This document shows positions 12,974 to 24,653 of a DNA stretch of 64,000 nt, in pieces. Both the position numbers and the translations under genes were made by a program. The stretch lies in the NCBI GenBank assembly GCA_030390025.1, contig CM059440.1:69316001-69380000 (forward strand), given 5' to 3'. The notes beneath the pieces are model-generated. The model was not told the DNA's origin and did not search any database. It saw only the letters and a list, made by a program, of their open reading frames with translations. This DNA comes from Squalus acanthias (Eukaryota). Within the stretch, counting starts at the first letter, position 1. Each line of letters starts with the position of its first letter.

Positions 12974-13314
12974 CTGTATTCCTACAGATGAACGCCACTT
13001 TCTTTGGCGTGGCTGTAGCTTTGGTTCATCACGACTCAGAATGCCTTTGCTAATTCCACTTCCGTCGGAGCTCTTCATTGAAGAACGGCTTGGGGCGAAG
13101 GACTCCAAGGCCAGATGCAGTGCTTTGGTACTGTCAAGACTGTCTGTTGAATTGCACTGGGATTTAATATCTTTTGACCAGGACGTGGACCGGTGTACCT
13201 CATTCTGCAGGTATGCATCCTGGGTTGACTCTGTGCTGCTCTGGGCTGTCACTGAGATAATTGGTTTTGTAGCCATCCGAGGAGGAATTGGAGGAGCTTT
13301 CTTGTAATTAAATG
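12974..13314 (-). CDS. DLGAP3: DLGAP3 coding exon, 341 bp, phase 1 to 0
   Basis: Acceptor ccaattctag|CA and donor ATACAG|gtaatc. Encodes (S)FNYKKAPPIPPRMATKPIISVTAQSSTESTQD...PRQRKWRSSVGIQ, compared with SAPAP3 SFNFRKAPPPIPP...RQRKWRPSIGVQ. Confidence 0.93.
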
Positions 13315-14489
13315 CTAGAATTGGGATTCAAGGTAGAAGCTTATTAGAATGCTTAATTCTACAATATTTTGCATTTAGATTGACATTGTTCATTGTAAAC
13401 ATAGTAGCTAATAATACAATGATTCGTCTCCTTAGCAGTGATGTGTGATGGGTATTGGCTCCCACATATGATACTGGAACCTGATCCATTCAGTGCCATG
13501 TTCACCTGCTGCACCATAACGCACCCTTGAAGCTTCCAGGCTGCTCAGAGCCAACAAACTGCCCATGGGCGCATTCTGGCCATGGTTCTGATATAAATGA
13601 GGGGCCCTCCCCCAGTATGAGATGGGGACACCTAAGCAACGCTCCAGACACAAATCATCCATTTGGCCCAGATGCTTTAGTGGAGGCCTGCACCAAAATG
13701 TATGTTGTTGCTTGCAGGCGTGACCCTCCCCTTCCAATATAGCTTCCCTTCTGTCTGCCATCTCCCTTCCTTGGCCTCCACTGCCCAATCCACGAAAGGT
13801 GGTTCTTGTGGCCCAAGGAAATCCTGGGAAATACTTGGCAATGCAAAAGGGTAACCAGCAGCCCTTTCACGGCTGCTGGTGCTTGATATTTCTGCCTGGT
13901 CTCAATCGTGCTGCACTCCAAATGTCAAGGACACCATTAAAATATGGAAATGAGATAGTATTGCATTATCATATGCAGTCAGCTCATTTCAATGCCTGAT
14001 GAGCAGCAGTCCAGACACATACTGGGTAGAATTTACTTTGCGAGTGCATGTCACGGTGAGGGAGAAACAGGGCAGGGCAAAATAAAATGCTTTCAGATTG
14101 CGACAATTCAACAGCAGGAGATGAACTTATAGAGCGCTTGCCATGCATCGCTGTCTCTCAACACGTTAGAGGGCCAAAGAAAACAGTGGGCGCCAAGCAG
14201 GAGAGGAAAGAGAATAAGACAAAAGATTGAGGGAAGGAGGGGTGAAGGCATGATTGAAGACAAGGGTTTTTACGTGCCTGAAGGCAGTTCGAGGGATGGC
14301 AAGGTGGAGGGATATAGGGAGGGACTTCCAGAGGGGAAGTATGTAGTGGTTGAAAGAGTTGCCATGGATAGTGCAGAGTACCTAATGTGCCACGGTAACA
14401 TTTCCACTCTCTGTCCCTGTTGTCCCCGACAGCAATGCAGCACAGAATTTGGAGCAGATTCTCTGTGACTATCTTTAATTCAGATTCAG

Positions 14490-14695
14490 ACAAGAAAGAA
14501 AGACTTGCATTTATATAGCATCTTTCACAACCACCGGGCATCCCAAAGTGCTTTTATAGCCAATGAAATACATCTTGAAGTGTAGTCACTGTTGTAATGT
14601 AGGAAACGCGGCAGCCAATTTGCGCACAGCAAGCTCCCACAAACAGCAATGTGATAATGACCAGATAATCTGTTTTAGTGATGTTGATTGATGAA
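14490..14695 (-). mobile_element. Deu-SINE (SacSINE1-like), 3' half
   Basis: Reverse complement of about 15958-16160, ending GCTATATAAATGCAAGTCTTTCTTTC. Confidence 0.8.
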
Positions 14696-15682
14696 TTGAA
14701 AGAGGTTTTTTTTCCAAAGTTGGACTTAAATTCCCTCCAATTTTCTCCCTCCCTGAACACAGACTCGTACTGGGGGTATGATTCCTTAGGCACCAGTGAC
14801 CACCCAGTACTTTGCCTAAATGGCCATTCTAATGTATGAGCCGAGCCAGTGAGTAACATCAGGCATCATGGCTGAGCCCAGACCTATGTCCAGCAGATGT
14901 CCATACAAAAAGTTTCAAAAGGAGTCACTGGACAGCGATCAGGAGCAGGAACCCTCATTTCACCCGTGTCCCAGTGCAGTAAGTGTCCTGCTCTCCTGGG
15001 TATGATGAGCGAAATCAGCACCGACTCAGGATGGAACCTGGTATCATCCTGGTTTTGTATGGCTCTGTTAAACTCTTGATAGCACATTTACCAACTAAGT
15101 TATTAGGAACTTGAAGCTGAATTTCTTTTGTGGGCTCTGTCATTGGACGAGCATTTCAAAGGCAAAATTTGGGCCATGAGAAAGTCACAATACACTCAAG
15201 CCTTGTGATAACAAACATTGACATTACAAACTTGCCTGTTTTTTAAAAATTTAGCTCTGATAAAGGACACAGGGCCGGGCCGCATAGTGCATTAGAAAAC
15301 TTTGCTTTCACTTCTGGTATTTAGGTTCAAACCCATACCAGGCTAATGCTATTAAATAATGATACAATATGGGGTGCTTGCTGAGACTAAGGTTGATGTA
15401 CATTGTTGGGAAGAATTGGGTCTGCTCTACCTTGAATCAAATCTGTTCGGTACAGATCTGTGAGTGTTTTGAAACTGAAAAAGGGGTGCAAATAGTGGAA
15501 AAATGTTCTATTCCCCACCACAGAGATTGATTAAGTTGATGCTATCTGATCAAAAATGTTTTATGCCATGATTTAAGAATATGCAAAACACTTTGCAAGG
15601 TCTGGCAGTGAATGTCAAAGAGTGGGCTATTCATTTTTATGCCTTCATGCATTATTGCTTTTCTGTATTGCACATGACAACT

Positions 15683-16160
15683 GTGTCAGCCAGTGGCTCA
15701 GTTGGTAGCACCCTTGCCTCTGAGTCAAAAGGTTGTGTGGTTCAAGTCCCACTCCAGAGACTTGAGCACAAATATCTAGGCTGACACTCCAGTGCAGTAC
15801 TGAGGGAGTGCTGCACTGTCAGAGGTGCCGTCTTTCAGATGAGATGTTAAACTGAGGCCCCGTCTGCTCTCTCAGGTAGATGTTAAAGATCCCATGGCAC
15901 TATTTCGAAGAAGAGCTGGGGAATTATCCTCGGTGTCCTGGCCAATATTTATCCCTCAATCAACATAACAAAAACTGATTATCTGGTCATTATCACATTG
16001 CTGTTTGTGGGCGCTTGCTGAGCGCAATTTTGGCTGCTGCATTTCCCACATTGCAACAGTGCCTACACTTCAAAAAAGTACTTCATTGGCTGTAAAGTGC
16101 TTTGGGACGTCCGGTGATCATGAAAGGTGCTATATAAATGCAAGTCTTTCTTTTTCTTTC
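15683..16160 (+). mobile_element. Full-length Deu-domain SINE (SacSINE1-like)
   Basis: tRNA head (A box GTGGCTCAGTTGG, B box GGTTCAAGTCCC), Deu-like core GGTGCCGTCTTTCAGATGAGATGTTAAA...AAAGATCCCATGGCACT, and an L2-type tail. Confidence 0.85.
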
Positions 16161-16723
16161 AGGGCGTTTGCAGAAGAGGCCACAATGACTGAATCCTTCA
16201 CAAAGTGTGAGCATCTCTTGTGAATGCACATACAGCTGCTGTGGAGTCTTTGGGCTTCAATCTTCAAGAGCCTCCCTTGTCCAGTTTTAACATGCTAGTG
16301 AGTCAGATGACGAGATGGAATATGAAAGGATCGTTGCTGCCCTGAGGTCTGCTTAAATGATAGTAGAGGTGCTAGAAATTGGGCAGGACCAGCTACACAC
16401 CACAGCAGTGGATGTGAAGAAAGCAGTTGCGGGACCCAGCCAGGGGAGGCACAGGGCAACCTCAATTCCTTCACTGAGACTCAGCCACTAGCCACTTCCC
16501 TTACTCCTCCCACTAGGGACGGTACTAAAGGGGGCTTGTAGTTTAAGTTCTACAAGACAAATTATACACTGTCACCAAGGGGAAGCACCAGAGCAAAACT
16601 CAATAGCCATGCACACTCATCCCTTTTAGGATGTTAAATATGGTTGCACGTTATTTTGACTATGTTTAGAGAAGGTTCTTCTGATGGTGCGGAATAATTA
16701 AACAGCAGATCAAAGGATTGGCA

Positions 16724-16810
16724 ATAACAACAGAAAACGCTGGAAAAACTCAGCAGGCCAGGCAGCATCCGTGGAGAGAGAAACAGAGTTAACGTTTCAG
16801 GTCGAAGACC
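16724..16810 (-). mobile_element. Truncated Penelope terminal fragment
   Basis: Nearly identical to 5776-5861; flanked by TTGGCA repeats; stops just before the CTGANGA box. Confidence 0.8.
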
Positions 16811-16819
16811 TTGGCATCC

Positions 16820-17660
16820 CTGGTGATTGAGTTAATGCAGAGGACAATGTTGAAGTGTATTGGGACACTGCATTTTATACATGTGGACAGACGTAGACAG
16901 ATCAGGCACTTCAATGGAGATCTTCTCTATGAGAGCTGGTATATGCCTCCTCCCAGCTGAAACGTCAGGTCTTCTGGGTCATCAGGGTCGCAATTTGCCC
17001 TTGGCTGAGGGTAGATCTCCTCTTGGCCTCCCTGGATGGCAAAGCTGTGCATCCAAAATTGCAGGCTTGTTCTGCAATAAGCCCCTCCATCTAAAATGCT
17101 GCTTCAAGATGCCTATATCATGTTCAATAATTGTGCTGGTAGCGGCATATGCCTCGTTGTATCTTTGCTCAGCTGGCGGTGTTGCAATCACAATGGTGTC
17201 ATGATGCCATAGCTGAAGAGGGTTGCCTTTGTCGCCTAGAAACTATGCTTCCAGTCTGGCTTCTCCTTCAAAAAGCACAGTGGATTGTCTTAAATTGAAG
17301 GAATCTTCACTGCGGCTTGATCTTTGGTGCTAATCGCTGACCACCTACCTGCACATTGATGGAGTGGAAACTCTTGCGGTTTTTCAAGGGCGTACTATTA
17401 TATGTAGTGAGCTGGCGAGCCACATGGGTGCCATCAATTTGCCTCAACTTTGGGGAATCCTGTGACATGGAAAATTTGCAGTATTCTCCAGGCAAATAAT
17501 GCACCAGCGAGTTTCTCCTGGCAAACGATACATCAGCAAGCTGCTTGATTTATCTATGTACTATAGATTGACTGATGTCGGAGTCCCCTATGGTAGGTTG
17601 GAGTGAACTGGAGGTATAACAGTTCAGGAATTTGATGACCTTTATTGCAAAACCCCATCA
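16820..17660 (-). pseudogene. PIF/Harbinger DDE transposase relic
   Basis: QIDGTHVA...NRKSFHSINVQV and PAEQRYNEAYAATSTIIEHDIGILKQHFRW are HARBI1/DDE_Tnp_4-type motifs; stops and frameshifts present. Confidence 0.85.
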
Positions 17661-17940
17661 TTACCCCCTGGTCCTCGGATGTTCCCAGATAAGTGGCTCT
17701 CTGTAAACACGGTTATGCGGTTAAGGGAGGTCTGCTTCTGGTGCAAGCAAACCTGCCTTGCATCTCTTCTTTCATCCCCTTCTTCCTCTTCCAAAAAACA
17801 CAAACAGAAGTGACCATATTCTGATTTTCGATTGTAGCAATCAAGATATTTGCAAACAAAAAAAATCCAAAGAAAAATGACACTATAAAATATCCACTTA
17901 TCATAAATCCTTCAAGTGGTTCAAGACGAAGGCTGGCCAC

Positions 17941-18096
17941 CAATGTTCCCCCTAAGGTGTGTGGGCACGAGGCCACGCATCAATCGGGAGGTCCCGCACA
18001 GGCCGCTCAGAAGCTGCTGCCGCTGGAAGAGACCGCACATGTGCGGCCAATTTAAAGGGACCGCGCACGAATAAAAAAAAATTAGAGGGAACATTG
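17941..18096. mobile_element. hAT-type MITE (156 bp)
   Basis: TIR CAATGTTCCC...GGGAACATTG and an 8-bp TSD CTGGCCAC/CTGACCAC (1 mismatch); inserted in a LINE tail. Confidence 0.8.
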
Positions 18097-19596
18097 CTGA
18101 CCACCACCTTCTCACGGCAACTAGTGATGGGCAATAAATGCCAGCCTTACCAGCGATGCCCATATCTTGAGAATGAATGAAGAAAATGTTAGAACAAGAT
18201 GGGATTTAGTTGTGATGCCCCCCCGCCACCCCTCCCCCCCCGTTATCAAATAGTCTCCTGACACTCACTGTCTTAGATATAAGAGATGGCCAATTGGGTA
18301 AGGAACTGTCTGTTGCTCATGAAGCTGTAGTCCAACATGAGTCACCAATTTCAGGATTGGGGAGATAAGAGGTGAGGAAGATTGGAAAGAAAAATAAAAG
18401 TGACTGCTCTCAGTCGTATGAGAATGTACCTTTGATCTGAAATGGAATGTTAATAGGCAGAGTTAGATAAGATAATCTTGGTTGGGGTTGAGTATTCTCA
18501 TTCATTTTGGTTCAAATGCACGTTCTGATGAAATCTGGGTGAAATTCAAATGGTCTGAATCCAATTCTGAATTCCATATGATAGCTCTATTTACTGAATC
18601 TTCTATTCCACAAGAATGGATTTTCTGAACTACAAATTGGTCTGATCAAACTAAATTGAGAAATGCTCCAAATCAATCTGAATTGGTTCTTTTGGAAAAT
18701 GGCTTCAGAATGGAATGCTAGTTATTATTCTGAGGATGTTGTCACTACTGCTGAGGACAATTCTTCATGGATGATATCAGAGAGCAACAAAAGAAAGAGT
18801 GAGTCAGAACTCCGTGATCATCCTTCGGATCTATTGATTTCTGATGTTACACAATAAATCTCCTTCCTACCTCTGTGCTCACAGAAACTCATTAAACTCC
18901 TCTCAGCCAACAGCTGTGATAGACATACCCAGAACATCAGACTGTATTGAAACTGAATCCAAAAAATAAAAATACGGTACAGCTGTCAAATTCTCAAACA
19001 TTTTCACAATGTATATCTAGCCAGAATCTGGATCTTTCAGAAAATAAGGCGGTTCTTACAGGCAAGTTGAAAGGGTGAAATAAAATATCCAGCTTACTCG
19101 GAAATGAATGCTTTCAATCTGTAACAGTAGCTTTTGCAATGCATTTACCCCTCAGTCTTAGGTTTTTGGTACCATGGAGATCTATCTAGAAACTTCCATA
19201 ACACACTTCCGTTCCTACTGATCTCTCTTTGACCTACAATCGTAATCCAAAACACAAACAACTAAAGAGCTTTTCCCAAAGCAACTATTAATATTTCCCA
19301 CAGCAGCAGTAAACTTATCCTATGATACCATTCTAATTGAAAAATCTATCTCCAGATGCTCCAGCAGCTTGGCAGCTGAGATCTTGTCAAACAGCACAAT
19401 ATAGTCTTGATGGGTTCTATTTTAAACTAAGTGCAGTATTGAGAGGAACTTCTGCTGGAAACTGCTGTTCAGGGATTAAACAACAATTCAGTGCCGTTCA
19501 TACGCGGCTTAGGGTGAAAGCTACATGAAAATATAACTGGCACTGTCTGCGCGTTGCCTACCTGTCAATCACAGTGTGCAAAAAGGACAGCTGACT

Positions 19597-21883
19597 GGGC
19601 CCGGAACTGGCGGCATTCGCCGTCGTTTCGCCTTTGGAACTGACCGCAACTTCAGGACTTGGCGCAGGCGTAGCCTAAAGTGGAAATCCTGAAGTTGCGG
19701 TCCGTCATTCACTGCTCCTCCACAGGCTGCGCTGTGGACCCCCGCCACACACCCAGAGCCGGCAATCAGTGAAATCGCTGATCTGATGAAAACTTCCCCT
19801 TTTCCGAACAAACATTGCTGTTAGAAACCCCATAAAAAGTTAGACCCATTCAAATAAGAACATAAGAAATAGGAACAGGAGTAGGCTACTTGGCTCCTTG
19901 AGCCTGCTCCGCCATTCAATGAGATCATGGCTGATCTTGGGCTCAAAGCCATTTCCCTGCTCGCTCCCCATAACCCTTCACTCCCTTATCTTGCAAAAAT
20001 CTGTCTATCTCCACTTTAAATGTATTTAATAACCCAGCCTCCACGGCTTTCTGGGGCAGAGAATTCCACAGATTTACGAGCCTCTGAGAGAAGAAATTCC
20101 TCCTCATCTCAGTTCTAAAAGGGCGACCCTTTATTCTGAAACTATGCCCCCGAGTTCTAGATTTCCCCACGAGGGGAAACATCCTCTCTGCATCTACCTT
20201 GTCGAGCCCCCTCAGTATCTTATATGTTTCAATAAGATCACCTCTCATTCTTCTAAATTCCAATGAGTATAGGCCCAACCTGCTCAACCTTTCCTCATAA
20301 GTCAACCCCCTCATCTCTGGAATTAACCTAGTGAATTGTCTCTGAACTGCCTCCAATGCAATTATATCCTTCCTTAAATAAGGAGACCAAAACTGTACGC
20401 AGTACTCAAGGTGTGGTCTCACCAATACCCTGTACAGTTGTAGCAGGACTTCCCTGCTTTTATACTCCAACCCCCTTGCAATAAAGGCCAACATTCCATT
20501 TGCCTTTTTGATTACTTGCTGTACCTGCATGCTAACTTTTTGTTTTTCATGCACAAGGACCCCCAGGTCCCTCTGAACTGTAGCATTTTGTAATCTCTCT
20601 CCATTTAAATAATAATTTGCTTTTTTATTTTTCCTGCCAAAGTGTATAACCTCGCATTTTCCCACATTATACTCCATCTGCCAAATGTTTGCCCACTCAC
20701 TTAGCCTGTCTATATCCCTTTGCAGATTCTTTGAGTCCTCTGCACAACTTGCTTTCCCACCCATCTTTGTATCATCCGCAAACTTGGCTACATTACACTC
20801 GGTCCCTTCATCCAAGTATTAATGTAGATTGTAAATAGTTGAGGCCCTAGCACTGATCCCTGTGGCACCCCACTAGTTACCGTTTGCCAACCGGAAAATG
20901 ACCCATTTATCCCGACTCTTTGCTTTCTGTTAGTTAGCCAATTCTCTATCCATGCTAATATATTACCCCCAACTCCGTGAGCTCTTATCTAATACAGTAA
21001 CCTTTTATGTGGCACCTTATTGAATGCCTTCTGGAAATCCAAATACACCACATCCACTGGCTCACCTTTGTCCACCCTGCTCGTTACATCCTCAAAGAAC
21101 TCCAGCAAATTTGTCAAACATGATTTCGCTTTCATAAAACCATGCTGACTCTGCTTGACTGCATTATGATTTTCCAAATGCCCAGCTACTGCTTCCTTAA
21201 TGAAGGACTCCAGCATTTTCCCAACGACAGATGTTAGGCTAACTGGTCTATAGTTTCCTGCTTTCTGTCTCCCTCCTTTCTTAAATAGGAGTGTTACATT
21301 TGTGGTTTTCCAATCTGCTGGGATCTCTCCAGAGTCCAGGGAATTTTGGTATATTGCAACCAATGCATCCAAATGAGGTGTAACTGGGTTTTTAATGGTG
21401 ATCTGAGTAATAACTACTGATAAACAACCGTTCTGACCCTGAAAAAGTAATTTTATATTGGTGGACTGTCAAATTTCTCTGATAAGTTAAAAATTAATAG
21501 ATTTTAAAATTAATTAAAAAAAATTGTAACTTGTTTTTTTTAAAGTTTGTTCATGATATTTCAGCTTCTACCTTAACCCAATGAGTAAGTCCCAATCTTT
21601 ATTTCGCTTTGTGTAAATTTTTTAAAAAGTGATTGATTATTAGTGCTTTCTATTTCCTGGTTCCCTGTCTGTGAGAATTCTGCAATGTGGTTGGCTGTTT
21701 AGACAGCTTGTTGACATCACAGCAGCTCGCGCTATGGGATTCCCACTAAACTACCCTGATTGCAACTGCATGTCGGAAAAGCTGAACTTCTCGCCACAGA
21801 GACCGCGAGACCTTTGTGGGAAGCTTACTTCGGGGCCAATAGTGAATTCCTTTGCTTCACCGTTGACCGCAAATTACGGGCCA
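19597..21883. mobile_element. GGCC-ended MITE, split by a CR1 insertion
   Basis: Imperfect TIRs GGGCCCGGAACTGGCGG...CCGCAAATTACGGGCC with an AT-rich centre. Confidence 0.6.
19855..21372 (-). mobile_element. Relatively young 5'-truncated CR1 LINE (ORF2 RT plus 3' UTR)
   Basis: 127-aa and 290-aa open stretches (GNYRPVSLTSVVGKMLE, VYLDFQKAFNKVPH, KFADDTK, RPHLEYCVQFWSP) and a TTCTTATG-type tail. Confidence 0.95.
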
Positions 21884-22075
21884 ACATGTTTATGTTGTAC
21901 AACACATGTTGGATAGACATAATTAAAATGTTGCATTCTGACATTTGCACGTTGTCTATGAAACCACTCTGCTCCAGCCTGGCTTCTGTAAATTTCACTC
22001 TTTTTCACTGCTAAACCGGTTTTGAAGTTGTCAGCTAAAAAGCTGCTGAGACAGAGATGAGGGACCCTTCATTCA

Positions 22076-22790
22076 GCAACAACAACAACAATAACTTGTA
22101 TTTATATAGCGCCTTTAACGTAGTAAAACGTCCCAAGGCGCTGCACAGGAGTATTATAAGACAAAAAATTTGACACCGATCTACATAAGGATAAATTAGG
22201 GCAGGTGACCAAAAGCTTGGTCAAAGAGGTAGGTTTTAAGGAGCGTCTTAAAGGAGGAAAGAGAGGCGGAGAGGTTTAAGGAGGGAATTCCAGAGCTTAG
22301 GGTCTAGGCAACAGAAGGCACGACCACCAATGGTTGAGCGATTATAATCAGGGATGCTCAAGAGGGCAGAATTACAGGAGCGCAGATATCTCGGGGGGAG
22401 TTGTGGGGCTGAAGGAGATCACAGAGATAGGAAGGGGCGAGGCCATGGATGGATTTGAAAACAAGGATGAGAATTTTGAAATCGAGGTGCTGCTTAACCG
22501 GCAGCCAATGTAGGTCAGCGAGCACAGGGGTGATGGGCGAACAGGACTTGGTGCGGGTTAGGACACGGGCAGACGAGTTTTGGATGACCTCAAGTTTATG
22601 TAGGGCGGAATGTGGGAGGCCAGCCAGGAGTGCATTGGAATAGTCAAGTCTAGAGGTAACAAAGGCATGGATGAGGGTTTCAGCAGCGGATGAGCTGAGG
22701 CAAAGGCGGAGACGGGCGATGTTACGGAGGTGGAAGCAGGCGGTCTTTGTTATGCAGGGGATATGTGGTCAGAAGCTCATTTCAGGGTCA
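22076..22790 (-). mobile_element. L2 LINE 3' fragment
   Basis: Encodes LIHAFVTSRLDYSNALL; tail GGCGCTATATAAATACAAG(TTG)n; similar to 49608-50750. Confidence 0.88.
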
Positions 22791-23069
22791 GCAGAACGTA
22801 AGGTGACCACAGGTCTAGGCAGGAACCAGCATTCTGCTCTAAATTCCTATTGGCATCACTTCTTTTGCTCTCAATTGATCCTAAATATAATCCTCACTGA
22901 GCCTCTGGAGTTAAGGTCTGTGTAGATTATAATCGCTGTGAATTGAAGTTGCATTACGTTGTACTCAACCTGATCTGCTGGAGCAAAGAGAAGAGAAATT
23001 TAGCTGCATTGTGTTTGATGCAACCAGGAGGTATTGCACAGAGAATGATGTTGCCGTCATATTCCCTTT

Positions 23070-23763
23070 GAAATGCCCTGCAAGTTCCGGATTTCCGCTG
23101 ACGCATGCGCGAAATCCGGAACTTGCGATCTGTCAAAGTACACCTTGACAGATCATCCGAAATGCCTGAAAACTGAGTATTGCTGGCGCAAAGTTGGGCT
23201 ATTTGCCCAGTGACTGGCCAGCAATTGTCCCCGTAAGTCTTACGGTTGATGCAAGCAGGCATAGGGCCTGCTCGCATCAGCGTATGGGGCTATCTAAGCC
23301 TTAAATTAAACATTTTTATATCCTGAATTATGCACATACACTTTATTAAATTAGTTTATGCAAATATTGGCCCGGATTACAGTCTTAATGATGTTCAAAA
23401 TTATCAAAAAATTAAATTTTTAATGAGGTTGGTGCAATGAAGGGACTTATGAATAAAATTGCAGTTCTGTACATTGTATAATTATTAGATTTGGGGATCC
23501 CATTGCATAACATTAGGGGATTCACTTCGTAAATGATTGCAATGGAATCTTCCTTTGTCATTGGAAGACCAGGCCCACGTGATCCCAGGTACGCTTCCGA
23601 ACTGCCTGTGTCTCTGGGATCCGCAGGCCATTACGCTGCCCTCCGCCTCGAGGCCTGAGACCGCAACTCTTCGCAGCCCGGGAGCCAGGAGGTAATTTCG
23701 TAAATATTTTGCGGGTCGGAGGCGTACTCCGGAGGTTTGCCTCCGACCGCAATTTCTAGGCCA
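23070..23763. mobile_element. MITE, related to 53078-53712 in opposite orientation
   Basis: Terminus CTCCGACCGCAATTTCTAGGCC and internal AGTTGGGCTATTTGCCCA are shared, inverted, with the 53-kb copy. Confidence 0.65.
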
Positions 23764-24415
23764 ATATATTAATTTTGGAACTCATTTGCCGTGCTCATAA
23801 AAAAAAGCGGGTGGTATTATTGCATTGAGGTAGTTCTGAGAAGGGTGAGTTTGTGGAACAGCCTGCACCTGCTAAAATAAATTCTCAGCAGAGACTGAAT
23901 AACAAACAGTGAGCAATCAGACTGTAAACAAACCACCGGCACTCCTCTTCTATTGCCATCAATGACACAGAGTGGCCACATTGAAAAATCCTTGGCCCGA
24001 GTCACTCCCACTAGATCAAATCCTCAAAACTAGATGAATACAGGATTTCACAGAGAATCATGATAAATACAGTTTTTAAAGAATCGAGCAATGGCAAATC
24101 AAAATACAAAGGATTTGTGTCCGGGGAAATCCACACTATCCCTTACATTTATCCCGAAAGTCCTATTCAAAAAATTTGTTCGACCAAATGCGATTTGGTT
24201 ATGGAATAAACGTCCTGTTGCTAATTGAGTCAGTTAGGCCGCCTCTAAACATGGAAATTTGTCTTGCAAACCCTGTTTCCATAGTGACTACATCCCTTTA
24301 AAATACTGATAGCTCAAACTGAGTCTGGAGGGTTGGTCTGTAGAACTGGCAAGACATGAAACACTTAAATTAAAGATGGGTAGTTGGTATCATCGTCCCC
24401 ACTGTCAGTACTTAC

Positions 24416-24653
24416 AAGCGCTGGATTTAATAGCACCGACACTCGTGGCAGGCATCATGGGTGCTGACATAGAAAATACAGACAAGCAGTCATCATCCTG
24501 TGAGCATCCAGCTTGAATGGCACGTAGATAGCTGTGGCTTCGCATTCGAAAGCAGCCAGGCAGGTCGAGAGCCTCCACAGCTTGGGATTCCATTTCACCA
24601 AAGACTGACTCACACACCACTTCGAACTGTCTGTTCAGATCAGCCTCGCCAAT
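24416..24653 (-). CDS. DLGAP3: DLGAP3 coding exon, 238 bp, phase 0 to 1
   Basis: Acceptor ctttactgcag|ATT and donor GCTT|gtaagt. Encodes IGEADLNRQFEVVCESVFGEMESQAVEALDLPGCFRMRSHSYLRAIQAGCSQDDDCL; LPGCFRMRSHSYLRAIQAGCSQDDDCL matches recalled SAPAP3. Confidence 0.95.

Noticed and set aside
19097-19118. 21-nt micro-exon-like AG...GT unit on the minus strand
   Set aside because: In the required phase it creates an immediate TGA, and the pyrimidine tract is poor.
22954-23000. Strong minus-strand acceptor (tttctcttctctttgctccag) followed by IRLSTT, reminiscent of a recalled DLGAP1 micro-exon (IKLSS)
   Set aside because: The frame does not fit the phase-1 intron, it runs into TAA, and no donor gives a frame-preserving exon.
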